The position numbers were made by a program, and so were the translations under genes. From Oscillospiraceae bacterium (GTDB lineage: Bacteria > Bacillota > Clostridia > Oscillospirales > Acutalibacteraceae), in contig CADCLS010000002.1 in assembly GCA_902802375.1 (NCBI GenBank), forward strand, positions 63,210-127,209: DNA of 64,000 nt. Reading direction: 5' to 3'. The notes beneath the pieces were generated by a model. It was given only the letters and a program-made list of their open reading frames with translations, ran no database searches and had not been told where the DNA came from. Below are positions 21,072 through 31,701 of this stretch, piece after piece (the first letter of the stretch is position 1; each line of letters begins with the position of its first letter).

Positions 21072-22349
21072 ATGGATTCAAAAGAATTAAAATCAGCTAT
21101 TAGTGACGGTAGATTTGATGAAGAGTTTTTGAAGCTCTACGGCGAAACGGCAAAACCGCGTGAGCGCTATTTGGCGGCGGTAGACGAGTTTTGTGCGCTT
21201 TATGGGGACAGTGAGGATTTACGCCTGTTTTCGGCTCCCGGCAGAACGGAAATCGGCGGCAACCATACCGACCACCAGCACGGTTCTGTGCTTGCAGCAA
21301 GTGTTGACCTTGATGTTATCGCAGTAGTTGCAAAGTGTGATGGGCATAAGGTGCGTATCAAATCGGCAGGCTATCCCGAGGATACGGTGGATATTGATTC
21401 TTTATCCGCAAGGGATAATGAGAGGGGACGCGCGGCGGCGCTTATCCGCGGAGTTTTGTATGCATTCAGAAATGACGGCCATGAGATAGGTGCTTTTAAT
21501 GCCTATACTACCTCTAACGTTCTTAAGGGCTCGGGACTTTCGTCATCCGCGGCTTTTGAAGTGCTTGTGTCGAACATAGTTAACGGTCTTTTTAACAAAG
21601 GCAAGGTCGGTGCTGTGAGAATAGCTAAGTATTCACAGTATGCCGAGCGCGAATTCTTCGGTAAACCTTGCGGACTGTTAGACCAAATGGCAAGTTCTGT
21701 GGGCGGTTTTACCTATGCCGATTTTCACGACCCGCAAAATCCGCAGATTGAGCAAGTAAATCTTGATGTCAGGGAGTTCGGATATACTCTTTGCGTTATT
21801 GATACCGGCGGAAATCACGCAAATCTTACCGGTGATTACGCCGCTATTACTGAAGAGTGCAGAAATATCAGCCATGCTCTTGGTGTTGACTTTTTGCGTG
21901 ACGCTAATGAGGACGAGTTTTATAACCGTATAGATGAGCTCAGAAAGAGCTTCGGTGACCGAGCAGTGCTTCGTGCATTCCATTTCTTTAATGAGCAGAA
22001 GCGTGTTGAGCTTCAGCGCGCCGCTTTGAAGGACCACGATTTTGAGAAATTCTTGTATTATGTCAACGAGTCAGGTGAGTCGTCATACAAATATCTTCAA
22101 AATCTTTACTCAAACTCTGTTGTAAGCGAGCAGGGACTGTGCCTTGCTATTGCACTGACAAAGCAGTTTTTAGGGAATACCGGCGCTTGCCGTGTTCACG
22201 GCGGCGGATTTGCCGGCACAATTCAGTGCTATATACCCGATGAAAAATTCAGCGATTACAAGCAAATGATAGAAAAAGCATTTGGAAAAGGCACTTGCGT
22301 GCCACTCCTCGTCCGTCCGGTAGGAGGATATGAGATAAAAACATTCTAA
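21072..22349 (+). CDS. galactokinase-family GHMP kinase
   Basis: Galactokinase signature-like GRTEIGGNHTDHQHG and GHMP motif GSGLSSSAA. Confidence 0.75.
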   Translation: MDSKELKSAISDGRFDEEFLKLYGETAKPRERYLAAVDEFCALYGDSEDLRLFSAPGRTEIGGNHTDHQHGSVLAASVDLDVIAVVAKCDGHKVRIKSAGYPEDTVDIDSLSARDNERGRAAALIRGVLYAFRNDGHEIGAFNAYTTSNVLKGSGLSSSAAFEVLVSNIVNGLFNKGKVGAVRIAKYSQYAEREFFGKPCGLLDQMASSVGGFTYADFHDPQNPQIEQVNLDVREFGYTLCVIDTGGNHANLTGDYAAITEECRNISHALGVDFLRDANEDEFYNRIDELRKSFGDRAVLRAFHFFNEQKRVELQRAALKDHDFEKFLYYVNESGESSYKYLQNLYSNSVVSEQGLCLAIALTKQFLGNTGACRVHGGGFAGTIQCYIPDEKFSDYKQMIEKAFGKGTCVPLLVRPVGGYEIKTF

Positions 22350-22376
22350 AATCTCAAAATATAAACAACAAACAGA

Positions 22377-22405
22377 ATTCGTCCGGCACATTGTGCCGGA
22401 CGAAT
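22377..22405. terminator. bidirectional terminator between the galactokinase-like gene and thrS
   Basis: 13-bp stem ATTCGTCCGGCAC/GTGCCGGACGAAT with a 3-nt loop. Confidence 0.7.
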
Positions 22406-22430
22406 TTATAATGTCATTTATATATGAAAA

Positions 22431-24215
22431 TTACGCTCTGTCTGTGATTTCTTTCTTAGTTTTCGTTATGAACTCATCGAGTGTCATATTTACGGTTTCA
22501 TCAGTACCGCGACCTCTCACTGATACGGTACCGCTTTCCACCTCTTTGGCACCTATGATAATCATATACGGCACCTTATCCTCTTGACGGGCTTCACGAA
22601 TTTTATATCCGATTTTTTCGTTTCTGTCGTCAAGCTCAACACGGATATGCTCGTTTTTAATCCTTTCATAAATCTTTTCAGAATAATCCAAGCTCTTTTC
22701 GGATACCGGGAGGACTTTAACCTGAACCGGCGCCAACCACAAGGGGAATATGCCCTTAGTTTCTTCAATCAAATATGCTATAAAGCGGTCAAGACTGCCG
22801 AGTATTGCTCTGTGCAAAACAACGGGCGTTTTTTGCGTACCGTCCTTATCTACATATGTGAGATTGAATTTTGCAGGCAGGCAGAAATCAAGCTGGCAGG
22901 TTGACAGCGTATACTCGGCGCCGACTGCCGGATGAACATTTACATCAAGCTTAGGACCGTAAAATGCCGCCTCGCCGATTTCTTCCGTAAATTCAATTCC
23001 GAGCTCAGTAAGCACTTCTCTGAGGGCGTTTTCTGCATGTTCCCACATTTGATCATCCTGATGATACTTAACCTTATCGTCAGGATCACGCAGCGAGAGC
23101 ACACAGCGGTAATTGGTGATGCCGAAGTCTTTATAAACATCAAATATTAAATCAACAACCTGGCTTACTTCATCCTTTATCTGTTCAGGGGTTACAAACA
23201 AATGTGCGTCGTTCTGGCAAAAATGGCGACCTCTTTCAATACCCTTTAGTGTGCCACTCGGTTCAAAGCGGAAATCATGCGCTATTTCACCTATTCTTAT
23301 CGGTAAATCACGATATGAGTGCATTTGGTTTGCATATATCATCATATGGTGAGGGCAGTTCATCGGTCTGAGTACAAACTGCTCGCCCTCAACCTCCATT
23401 ACCGGGAACATATTCTCTCTGTAATGCTCCCAGTGACCGCTTGTGTGGTAAAGGTCGACCGTTCCTACGCACGGCGTCAGCACATGGCGGTAGCCGAGCA
23501 TACGCTCTTTTTCTTTAATATAGTTTTCTAATTCCTGCCAAACCGTATAGCCTCTCGGCAAAAACATAGGAAGACCTTTTCCGATTAAATCATCAGTCAT
23601 AAACAGGCGCATTTCTTTGCCTATTTTTCTATGGTCGCGCGCCTTTGCCTCTTTTACCTGAACTTCGTATTCGGCAAGCTCCTCTTGCGTGCGGAATGCA
23701 ACACCGTTTATCCTTGTGAGCATTTTATTGCTCTGGTCGTTTTTCCAATACGCGCCGGAAACATTAGTAAGACTAAAAGCCTTCAATGCTTTAGTATAGG
23801 TAAGGTGAGGACCCACACACATATCTATATATTCACCCTGTTGATAGAAACTGATAACCGCATCAGGCTCAAGGTCGCCAATATGCTCAACCTTGTATTT
23901 CTCTTCGCGCTCTTGCATTAGTTTTATGGCTTCTTCGCGCGGTAAAATAAACGGCTTTACTGCCAAATTTTCCTTTACGATTTTTTTCATTTCCGCTTCA
24001 ATCGCCGGCAAATCATCGTCGGTAAGCTTTTTATCGCCTAAATCTATATCATAATAAAATCCTTTTTCGGTAGCCGGACCGTAGCCGAAATGCGCATCCG
24101 GGTAAAGTCTTTTTACCGCTTGCGCTAAAATATGCGCGGCGGTATGGCGTAAAACTTCGTTTTCCTGTGCCGCTTCGGCATCGGCCACTACGCCGTCTTT
24201 ATAAATGATTTTCAT
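22431..24215 (-). CDS. thrS: threonine--tRNA ligase, short N-terminus (TGS domain largely missing)
   Basis: Editing-domain HxxxH (RHTAAHILAQA) lies only ~23 aa from the start, followed by class II catalytic and anticodon-binding regions. Start set at the ATG at 24215 after GGAGG. The 51 codons upstream in the ORF track cover the T-box leader. Confidence 0.9.
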   Translation of the reverse strand: MKIIYKDGVVADAEAAQENEVLRHTAAHILAQAVKRLYPDAHFGYGPATEKGFYYDIDLGDKKLTDDDLPAIEAEMKKIVKENLAVKPFILPREEAIKLMQEREEKYKVEHIGDLEPDAVISFYQQGEYIDMCVGPHLTYTKALKAFSLTNVSGAYWKNDQSNKMLTRINGVAFRTQEELAEYEVQVKEAKARDHRKIGKEMRLFMTDDLIGKGLPMFLPRGYTVWQELENYIKEKERMLGYRHVLTPCVGTVDLYHTSGHWEHYRENMFPVMEVEGEQFVLRPMNCPHHMMIYANQMHSYRDLPIRIGEIAHDFRFEPSGTLKGIERGRHFCQNDAHLFVTPEQIKDEVSQVVDLIFDVYKDFGITNYRCVLSLRDPDDKVKYHQDDQMWEHAENALREVLTELGIEFTEEIGEAAFYGPKLDVNVHPAVGAEYTLSTCQLDFCLPAKFNLTYVDKDGTQKTPVVLHRAILGSLDRFIAYLIEETKGIFPLWLAPVQVKVLPVSEKSLDYSEKIYERIKNEHIRVELDDRNEKIGYKIREARQEDKVPYMIIIGAKEVESGTVSVRGRGTDETVNMTLDEFITKTKKEITDRA

Positions 24216-24231
24216 AATATTTCTAACCTCC

Positions 24232-24464
24232 AAAAAAATAAACTTCGTCCCAATATAGGGACGAAGTAATTCTAATACTCCGCGGTTCCACCCGCATTCC
24301 GAATAAATCCGGCACTTAAAAGCTTTAACGGAGCTTACCCGTCCGTGTTTTTTACCCACGGCACTCAAAGGTGGTGTTCATTTTTCGGTAAATACGCCGC
24401 TTTCACCTGCCGGCGCTCGCTTTAATTTACATAAGAAAAACTACTGTCCTTCTCAACGCTTTGT
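24232..24464 (-). promoter_or_regulatory. T-box leader (tentative Thr ACC specifier) with terminator/antiterminator
   Basis: Minus strand shows a Stem I start (GAGAAGGACAGUAG), GGUGAAAG in the distal region, the T-box sequence AAUGCGGGUGGAACCGCGG (24298..24280), and terminator CUUCGUCCC-loop-GGGACGAAG plus a U-run (24266..24232). An ACC-A in the predicted specifier region is consistent with Thr. Confidence 0.8.
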
Positions 24465-24470
24465 ATAAGT

Positions 24471-24499
24471 ATAATAGTCCTAAAATGTGTTATTGTCAA
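24471..24499 (-). promoter_or_regulatory. thrS leader promoter
   Basis: Minus strand reads TTGACA (24499..24494), 17 nt, TATTAT (24476..24471). Confidence 0.6.
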
Positions 24500-24593
24500 G
24501 GGGAAAGTGTTGTTTGTACGCCGAGCGCGTACACTTGTTTACAGTTTTTGCAAAAAATGTAAATTTTTTATTGACTGTAAGGGGTAAAAGTAG

Positions 24594-25979
<1,386 letters not shown>

Positions 25980-26047
25980 GCTTTAGATGTCAGACGGCGC
26001 GGAGGGAGACCTCCGCGCTTAAATTTAGTTGAAACAAAATATTTTTA

Positions 26048-26077
26048 TTGACATAGTCGGGGTGTTTGGGGTATAAT
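26048..26077 (+). promoter_or_regulatory. rpmH operon promoter
   Basis: TTGACA (26048..26053), 18 nt, TATAAT (26072..26077). Confidence 0.6.
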
Positions 26078-26156
26078 CACTTATTGTTAAGATATGTAAC
26101 TTGGATATTGTCGCTATTTTGCGGCGTTCGGGTTTTAGTCAGGAGGTTTGAGATAA

Positions 26157-26291
26157 ATGAAGAGAACATATCAGCCTAAAAAAATCCATCGCAAGAAAGA
26201 ACACGGATTTTTGAAGAGAATGGCAACTTCAAACGGCAGAAAGGTTCTTGCTCGCAGAAGAGCAAAGGGAAGAAAGCAGTTAACCTATTAA
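26157..26291 (+). CDS. rpmH: 50S ribosomal protein L34
   Basis: Absent from the ORF track because it is under 60 aa. Hand translation gives [50 protein letters not shown] lies upstream. Confidence 0.95.
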   Translation: MKRTYQPKKIHRKKEHGFLKRMATSNGRKVLARRRAKGRKQLTY

Positions 26292-26342
26292 GCCACTGTC
26301 AAGTGGCTTTTCATTTTATGTCGCTAAAAAGCGGTGAAAAGA

Positions 26343-26681
26343 ATGAAACGAGAAGATAAGTTAAAGCAGAATTGGGAATTCCGTCGCCTTTATTCGCGTG
26401 GCAAGTGTATTGCAACTCCTGCATTTGTACTATATTTTATAAAGGGCAAATCAGGGAGAGTGCGCCTTGGGATTACGGCAGGCAAAAAAATCGGATGCGC
26501 CGTGAAGCGTAACCGCGCAAAGAGGGTTATAACCGCGGCGTTTGATGCTTGCTTGCCCGAAATTAAAACCGGATATGATTTTTGCGTAGTGGCAAGGGGC
26601 AGAATATTGTCGCTTACAAGTACGCAGGTTAAAAATATGCTTTCGGAAAAACTCTTGGAAAACGGGTTGAAAATATTATGA
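26343..26681 (+). CDS. rnpA: ribonuclease P protein component
   Basis: Basic ~112-aa protein directly after rpmH. Start is the ATG at 26343 after GGTGA (the ORF track uses the GTG at 26334). Confidence 0.85.
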   Translation: MKREDKLKQNWEFRRLYSRGKCIATPAFVLYFIKGKSGRVRLGITAGKKIGCAVKRNRAKRVITAAFDACLPEIKTGYDFCVVARGRILSLTSTQVKNMLSEKLLENGLKIL

Positions 26682-26917
26682 AAAATCCGTTTTCATACCT
26701 GCTTATAGGAATTATCAAATTCTATAGAAAAGCGATTTCTCCGCTTAAATTGCCGTGTTGCAGATTTACGCCGACCTGCTCGGAATATGCCATTGAAGCG
26801 ATAAAGGTACACGGTGCGTTTAAGGGAAGTATGTTGTCATTTTGGCGTATTTTAAGGTGCAATCCGTTTTGCAAGGGCGGTTACGATCCTGTTCCGCCTA
26901 AACGGAAGAACAGATAA
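26678..26917 (+). CDS. yidD: membrane protein insertion efficiency factor YidD
   Basis: [19 protein letters not shown] signature; 4-nt overlap with rnpA. Confidence 0.9.
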   Translation: MKNPFSYLLIGIIKFYRKAISPLKLPCCRFTPTCSEYAIEAIKVHGAFKGSMLSFWRILRCNPFCKGGYDPVPPKRKNR

Positions 26918-26940
26918 TAACACTCGGGACGGTGTGATAT

Positions 26941-27978
26941 ATGCAATCATTGTTTAACATTATAAACATTCCGCTTGGATATGTTTTGAAGTTTTTGTCC
27001 GAAATCTTAGGCGGTAACTTTGCCGCTTCGGTTTTGGTGTTTACACTTCTTATTAATTTGGTTTTGATACCCCTGAGTATTAAAAGCCAAAAGTCGTCTG
27101 TATCGCAGATGCGTATAAAGCCGAAGTTAGACGAGCTTAAAAAGCGATACGGTGACGATAGGCAGAAAATGGCTCAGGCGCAACAGAAGCTCTATCAGGA
27201 AGAGGGCGTTTCGATGTCCGGCGGATGTCTTCCCATGATAGTGAGAATGGTGCTTCTTTTCAGCATTTATTGGCTTATAATGTCGCCGCTTACCTATATG
27301 GCAGGTGCGGACAAGGCAAAGGTTGAAAATGTTACTACTACTATCAACACTGCGCTTTCAGACCTTAAAAAGAATGATGAAAAAGAGTATAACAAGGTAA
27401 TCAAAGAAGTTTCATGGAAGCTTAACGCTACCAACAACTATGAGCTTTCACTTATAAGAATAATTAAAAACAACCCTGATAAGGTTAAGGAAATTTTAAC
27501 CGAGAAGCAATATGCTTCTATTGAGGAAGACTATAAGTATACAATTGAAAAATTGGAAAAGGCAGATATTGATTTTAACCTTTTCGGCATCGATTTGACA
27601 TCAAAGCCTAATTTTTCTTTTGATATATTCAATTCGTGGGAGGCAATTTGGTTGTTGCCCATAGCCGCGTTCTTAGCGCAGATGCTTACGAGCGTGGTAT
27701 CAATGCGGATAAATAAGCATATAAATCCCGATGCTCCGAGCATGGCAGGCATGATGCTTACAATGCCGCTTATTTCGCTATTTATCGGTTTCTCATTCCC
27801 CGGTGGCGTATGCTTTTATTGGATATGCTCTTCACTTGTAGGCGGCGCGATACAGTCAGCAATACAGATACTTTACGGTCCGCATAAAATGCTTGCGCGC
27901 GAGCGTGTACGCGAGCTTTCAAAGGTGTGCGATTTTGAAGCCGGTCAGCGTAAGAAGACCCAAACCGATAATCAATAA
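26941..27978 (+). CDS. yidC: YidC/Oxa1 family membrane protein insertase
   Basis: Synteny, and a polytopic protein with the conserved PMIVRM / GVCFYW regions. Confidence 0.85.
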   Translation: MQSLFNIINIPLGYVLKFLSEILGGNFAASVLVFTLLINLVLIPLSIKSQKSSVSQMRIKPKLDELKKRYGDDRQKMAQAQQKLYQEEGVSMSGGCLPMIVRMVLLFSIYWLIMSPLTYMAGADKAKVENVTTTINTALSDLKKNDEKEYNKVIKEVSWKLNATNNYELSLIRIIKNNPDKVKEILTEKQYASIEEDYKYTIEKLEKADIDFNLFGIDLTSKPNFSFDIFNSWEAIWLLPIAAFLAQMLTSVVSMRINKHINPDAPSMAGMMLTMPLISLFIGFSFPGGVCFYWICSSLVGGAIQSAIQILYGPHKMLARERVRELSKVCDFEAGQRKKTQTDNQ

Positions 27979-28003
27979 GTATTAGTTTTAAGGAGGATTT
28001 TTC

Positions 28004-28954
28004 TTGATTAAGGAAGCAGTTGGCACGGGCAATACTGTTGATGAAGCAAAAGAAGATGCAATGCTTGCTCTCGGTGCTTCGGCTGATGCAGATGTTCAAA
28101 TTGAAATTTTAGAAATGCCCAAAAAGAAAGTGCTTGGCATGTTTGGCGGCTCTCCTGCTAAGGTTCGCGTATTCGTAGAGTTGCCTGATATTAAAGAAAA
28201 AGCACAGCCAAAAAAGAAAAAAGAAAACAAAAAGACAGAAAAGAAAGAAGCAAAACCGAGCGAACAAAAGCCAAAAGAGAAAGAGAAAATTCAAAAGTCT
28301 TCAGATGAAGAATACGGCGAAGGCGTTGAAGTAAGCGCGCTTGATATAAATTCCAAGGCATACAAGGCAGCCGCGTATCTTAACTCCGTTTTATCAGGTC
28401 TTGGTTGTGAAAACACTGCTATGAAGGTTGCCGAAAAGGAAAACGGCGCACTTATATCCCTTGAGGGTGAAGGCTTGGGCGTTATAATAGGCAGAAGAGG
28501 AGAAACGCTTGAAGCATTGCAGTTTTTAGTGTCGCTTGCAAGCAACAACGGCGGCGGATACTACAGAGTGAACATTGATGTAGGGGACTATCGCGAAAAG
28601 CGTGCAGAGGCGTTAAACGCACTTGCAAACCGTATCGCGAAGCAGGTGCTTTCAACCGGCAGAAACCGCGCTCTTGAACCGATGAGCCCGTATGAGCGTC
28701 GTATCATTCATACCGCTGTTCAGGAAATTGAAGGCGTTGAATCAAGTTCAGTAGGAGAAGGCGAAAACCGTAGGGTTGTGATACATCAGACCGGTAAGAA
28801 GGTTGATGCAGAGCGCGAGCTCAGAAGAGGCAGACGCTCTCGCGGTAGAGGCCAAGGCAGAGACCGCAGAAGCTCAAATGCAGTATCTCCTGCTTCTGAC
28901 CGTGAGCCGCTTAAGGACAGTGATGTTCCGCTTTACGGAAAAATTGAAAAATAA
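28004..28954 (+). CDS. jag: Jag/KhpB RNA-binding protein (Jag_N-KH-R3H) with Lys/Glu-rich insert and Arg/Gly-rich tail
   Basis: TTG start 7 nt after AGGAGG. KH-like IIGRRGETLEALQ, R3H-like MSPYERRIIHTAV, insert KKKKENKKTEKKEAKPSEQKPKEKEK and tail RRGRRSRGRGQGRDRR. Confidence 0.85.
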   Translation: MIKEAVGTGNTVDEAKEDAMLALGASADADVQIEILEMPKKKVLGMFGGSPAKVRVFVELPDIKEKAQPKKKKENKKTEKKEAKPSEQKPKEKEKIQKSSDEEYGEGVEVSALDINSKAYKAAAYLNSVLSGLGCENTAMKVAEKENGALISLEGEGLGVIIGRRGETLEALQFLVSLASNNGGGYYRVNIDVGDYREKRAEALNALANRIAKQVLSTGRNRALEPMSPYERRIIHTAVQEIEGVESSSVGEGENRRVVIHQTGKKVDAERELRRGRRSRGRGQGRDRRSSNAVSPASDREPLKDSDVPLYGKIEK

Positions 28955-28967
28955 TATTTACAAATTT

Positions 28968-28992
28968 ACGGCAGCTTCGGCTGCCGTTTTTT
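28968..28992 (+). terminator. intrinsic terminator after jag
   Basis: ACGGCAGC-TTCG-GCTGCCGT followed by T6. Confidence 0.85.
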
Positions 28993-29065
28993 CGACTAAA
29001 AGTCGGTGAATGTCGCGAATTTAGTCTCTAAACTGCATATAGCTGTGCAAAAAGGAGGTTAAATT

Positions 29066-31561
29066 TTGATATTTGCTAAGGTAAATAATCAGTCACTTAA
29101 CATTTCTTATGACGGGGTAGTGTCTGATAGTGTAAAATATCTGAAAATTCATTTTGAATTCAGCAGTGACTGGGACGGCTATGTAAAAACCGCAATTTTC
29201 AGTAACAAAGAGCAGGATACCGCTTTTACCGTCCTTATGGTGGACGGCGAACCGCTTTACTTAGGTCAAAATATATGCCTTGTTCCGCATGAGGTTATAA
29301 AGACTCCTGAGTTTACGGTTTCAATTTGCGGTATCAAAGGTGAGAGCATTATAACCACTGAAGAAAAAAAGGTTTTAGTTAAGGAAAGCGGATACAGGCA
29401 GGGGGAAACTCCGAGCGAGCCTACACCGAGCGAATATGAACGCATAGCAGCTATTGCTGCTGAAGCGCAAAGTGTAGCGCAATCGGTGAGAGATGACGCA
29501 GATAACGGCGTGTTCATAGGTGAAAAAGGCAATAAAGGCGACAAGGGTGACAAGGGCGATAGGGGCGACCCGTTTACCTATTCTGACTTTACTCCCGAAC
29601 AGCTTGAAGCACTCAAGGGAGAACAAGGTGATAAGGGTGAACAGGGATATCAAGGAATAGGAATATCGAATGCTTATATACAAAACGGCAATTTGATGAT
29701 TGAAAAGGTTGACCCCGCCACAGGTGTCAAACAAACTTACCTTGCAGGATATGTGCAGGGACCTCAGGGCAGAAACATTGTAAACGTCAGATTAAATAAC
29801 GGATATTTGTTGTTGGATATTGCTGACCCTGCAACCGGTGAACGAAAGACCGAAAATGTCGGATATGTCAAAGGTGCCACCGGTCCGCAAGGTCCACAAG
29901 GCGAAAAGGGAGCTACAGGTCCGCAGGGTCCGCAAGGTCCACAAGGCGAAAAGGGTGATAAAGGCGATGACGGAATAACACCTGATATGTCCGATTACTA
30001 TACAAAAGTACAAACCGATAGTTTAATGTCAGGCAAAGCTGATACCAATGGAGTTTATGGCGATATGACAGTAGGTAATGCAGCTCAGCTTTTAAGCGAT
30101 TGTACTACACTTCCGGACAGAACGCCCTATAATTTCCGTATGTCCGGAAATTCGCGCGATATTGGCAATTATGAAACAGATACGGTTGTCGGTGCAACGG
30201 TGGTTTTTAATCAGATAGTGGATGAGAATTCACAATCAGTCACTGTCACAAAGGACAGCAAGTATCTGGCGCGCAGAGGCGGTGTGTATACTATGGCAAT
30301 ATCTGACGGAAATCCTATTTCCGTAAATACTGATTCGGAAGAAAACAGCGAATATGATAATGTTTTTAATTTGACTAAAATGTTCGGTATAGATGTGGCA
30401 GATTACATCTATGCTTTAGAACAAACAAATTCCGGCGCAGGTGTTGCATGGTTCAGAAAATTATTCCCGAAGGATTATTATGAATATGATGAAGGGAGCC
30501 TTCTTTCGGTTAAAACAAGTGCACATAAAACAGTGGGCTTTAATGCATATAATAATCAAACCGGCAAGGCAAAGCTCGTAGGCGGACAAAAATATCATAT
30601 TGCCGGAACATTTACTTCGCTATCTTTTGAAGGCGAAAACATAACTGTTGACGACAAAGGATACTTTACCCCGAGCAAAACAGGCATATTGACGGTTGTC
30701 GGAGGTAATGCTGCCGACACCTGCGTACATCTCGCTTTAAGCGGTGAGAGGGATAATGATTTTGAACCGTATACCGAGCATATTTATTCTTTAGATAGCG
30801 AATTAGAGCTTCACGGATTTATAAAAAAGGATGAGAATAATAATGTTTTTTATGACGGCGATATATACAGCAGCAACGGTAATGTAAGGCGTAAATACGG
30901 GATTATTAATTTGGGAACAGTTAATTGGACAAGGGAAATTTCATACGGCTACCCAACTTGGTACGCTCCCATACCAAACGCCTTGGGTAAGTATGCAATT
31001 AACGGGCATAGTCAACTTTGTTCTCACTATACCAATGCACAGTATTTAACCAATAATATGACCTGTAAATTCGGAGGGAGTTCCACTAATATAAATATCC
31101 ATAATGTTGACTTTGATAATTATACTCCTCAACAGGTCAAAGAGGCTATGAATGGCGTAATGCTTGTGTACCGACTTGCTAATGAAACAGCCGAAGAGGC
31201 GACACCGTATACAAATCCTCAGCTCGTGGATGCGTGGGGAACCGAGGAATATATTGATTACAGAAGCGTATCAATACCGGTGGGACACGAAACAAAATAT
31301 TCTGTGAACCTTAAAAATAAGCTTGAAGATGCACCGGATAATCCTGATAATGACGGCAACTATATTTTAAGGTGTAAGGGAAACGCTTTAAGCTATGTGC
31401 CGATTAGCCTGGGAGCTTTAACGGGAAGCGGAGCACCTACTGTTTATACGGTTGCACCCTATATAGGAGCAATGTATATAAATACTCAAAACAATTATGT
31501 ATATGTTTGCACGGCATATAACTCTGTAAGTCGTCTATACACATGGATAAAAGTAAGCTGA
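29066..31561 (+). CDS. collagen-like triple-helix repeat protein, phage tail-fibre/BppU-like architecture, no signal peptide
   Basis: TTG start 7 nt after AGGAGG. Three G-X-Y blocks are present ([65 protein letters not shown]), followed by a ~520-aa beta-rich C-terminal region. Confidence 0.7.
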   Translation: MIFAKVNNQSLNISYDGVVSDSVKYLKIHFEFSSDWDGYVKTAIFSNKEQDTAFTVLMVDGEPLYLGQNICLVPHEVIKTPEFTVSICGIKGESIITTEEKKVLVKESGYRQGETPSEPTPSEYERIAAIAAEAQSVAQSVRDDADNGVFIGEKGNKGDKGDKGDRGDPFTYSDFTPEQLEALKGEQGDKGEQGYQGIGISNAYIQNGNLMIEKVDPATGVKQTYLAGYVQGPQGRNIVNVRLNNGYLLLDIADPATGERKTENVGYVKGATGPQGPQGEKGATGPQGPQGPQGEKGDKGDDGITPDMSDYYTKVQTDSLMSGKADTNGVYGDMTVGNAAQLLSDCTTLPDRTPYNFRMSGNSRDIGNYETDTVVGATVVFNQIVDENSQSVTVTKDSKYLARRGGVYTMAISDGNPISVNTDSEENSEYDNVFNLTKMFGIDVADYIYALEQTNSGAGVAWFRKLFPKDYYEYDEGSLLSVKTSAHKTVGFNAYNNQTGKAKLVGGQKYHIAGTFTSLSFEGENITVDDKGYFTPSKTGILTVVGGNAADTCVHLALSGERDNDFEPYTEHIYSLDSELELHGFIKKDENNNVFYDGDIYSSNGNVRRKYGIINLGTVNWTREISYGYPTWYAPIPNALGKYAINGHSQLCSHYTNAQYLTNNMTCKFGGSSTNINIHNVDFDNYTPQQVKEAMNGVMLVYRLANETAEEATPYTNPQLVDAWGTEEYIDYRSVSIPVGHETKYSVNLKNKLEDAPDNPDNDGNYILRCKGNALSYVPISLGALTGSGAPTVYTVAPYIGAMYINTQNNYVYVCTAYNSVSRLYTWIKVS
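29872..29973 (+). repeat. longest G-X-Y coding repeat block (internal near-duplicate GGTCCGCAAGGTCCACAAGGCGAAAAGGG)
   Basis: The 29-nt string occurs twice within ~60 nt. Shorter G-X-Y blocks lie near 29519-29572 and 29617-29655. Confidence 0.8.
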
Positions 31562-31632
31562 TAATGTAAATAATCTGTAATAAAGTTTTCGCCCTGCGGA
31601 ATATCCGTGGGGCGAAACTGTTAAAAGATTTA

Positions 31633-31661
31633 TTGACGAATATTTACTGCCATGATATAAT
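31633..31661 (+). promoter_or_regulatory. promoter of the capG-like transcription unit
   Basis: TTGACG, 17 nt, TATAAT. Confidence 0.6.
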
Positions 31662-31701
31662 ATCCTTGTGCTATTATGTCCGAAAGAAACGAGGTACAAA
31701 A

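Noticed and set aside
25980-26156. Possible oriC/DnaA-box cluster upstream of rpmH
   Set aside because: I found no TTATCCACA/TGTGGATAA-like 9-mers. The spacer holds only a terminator and a promoter.
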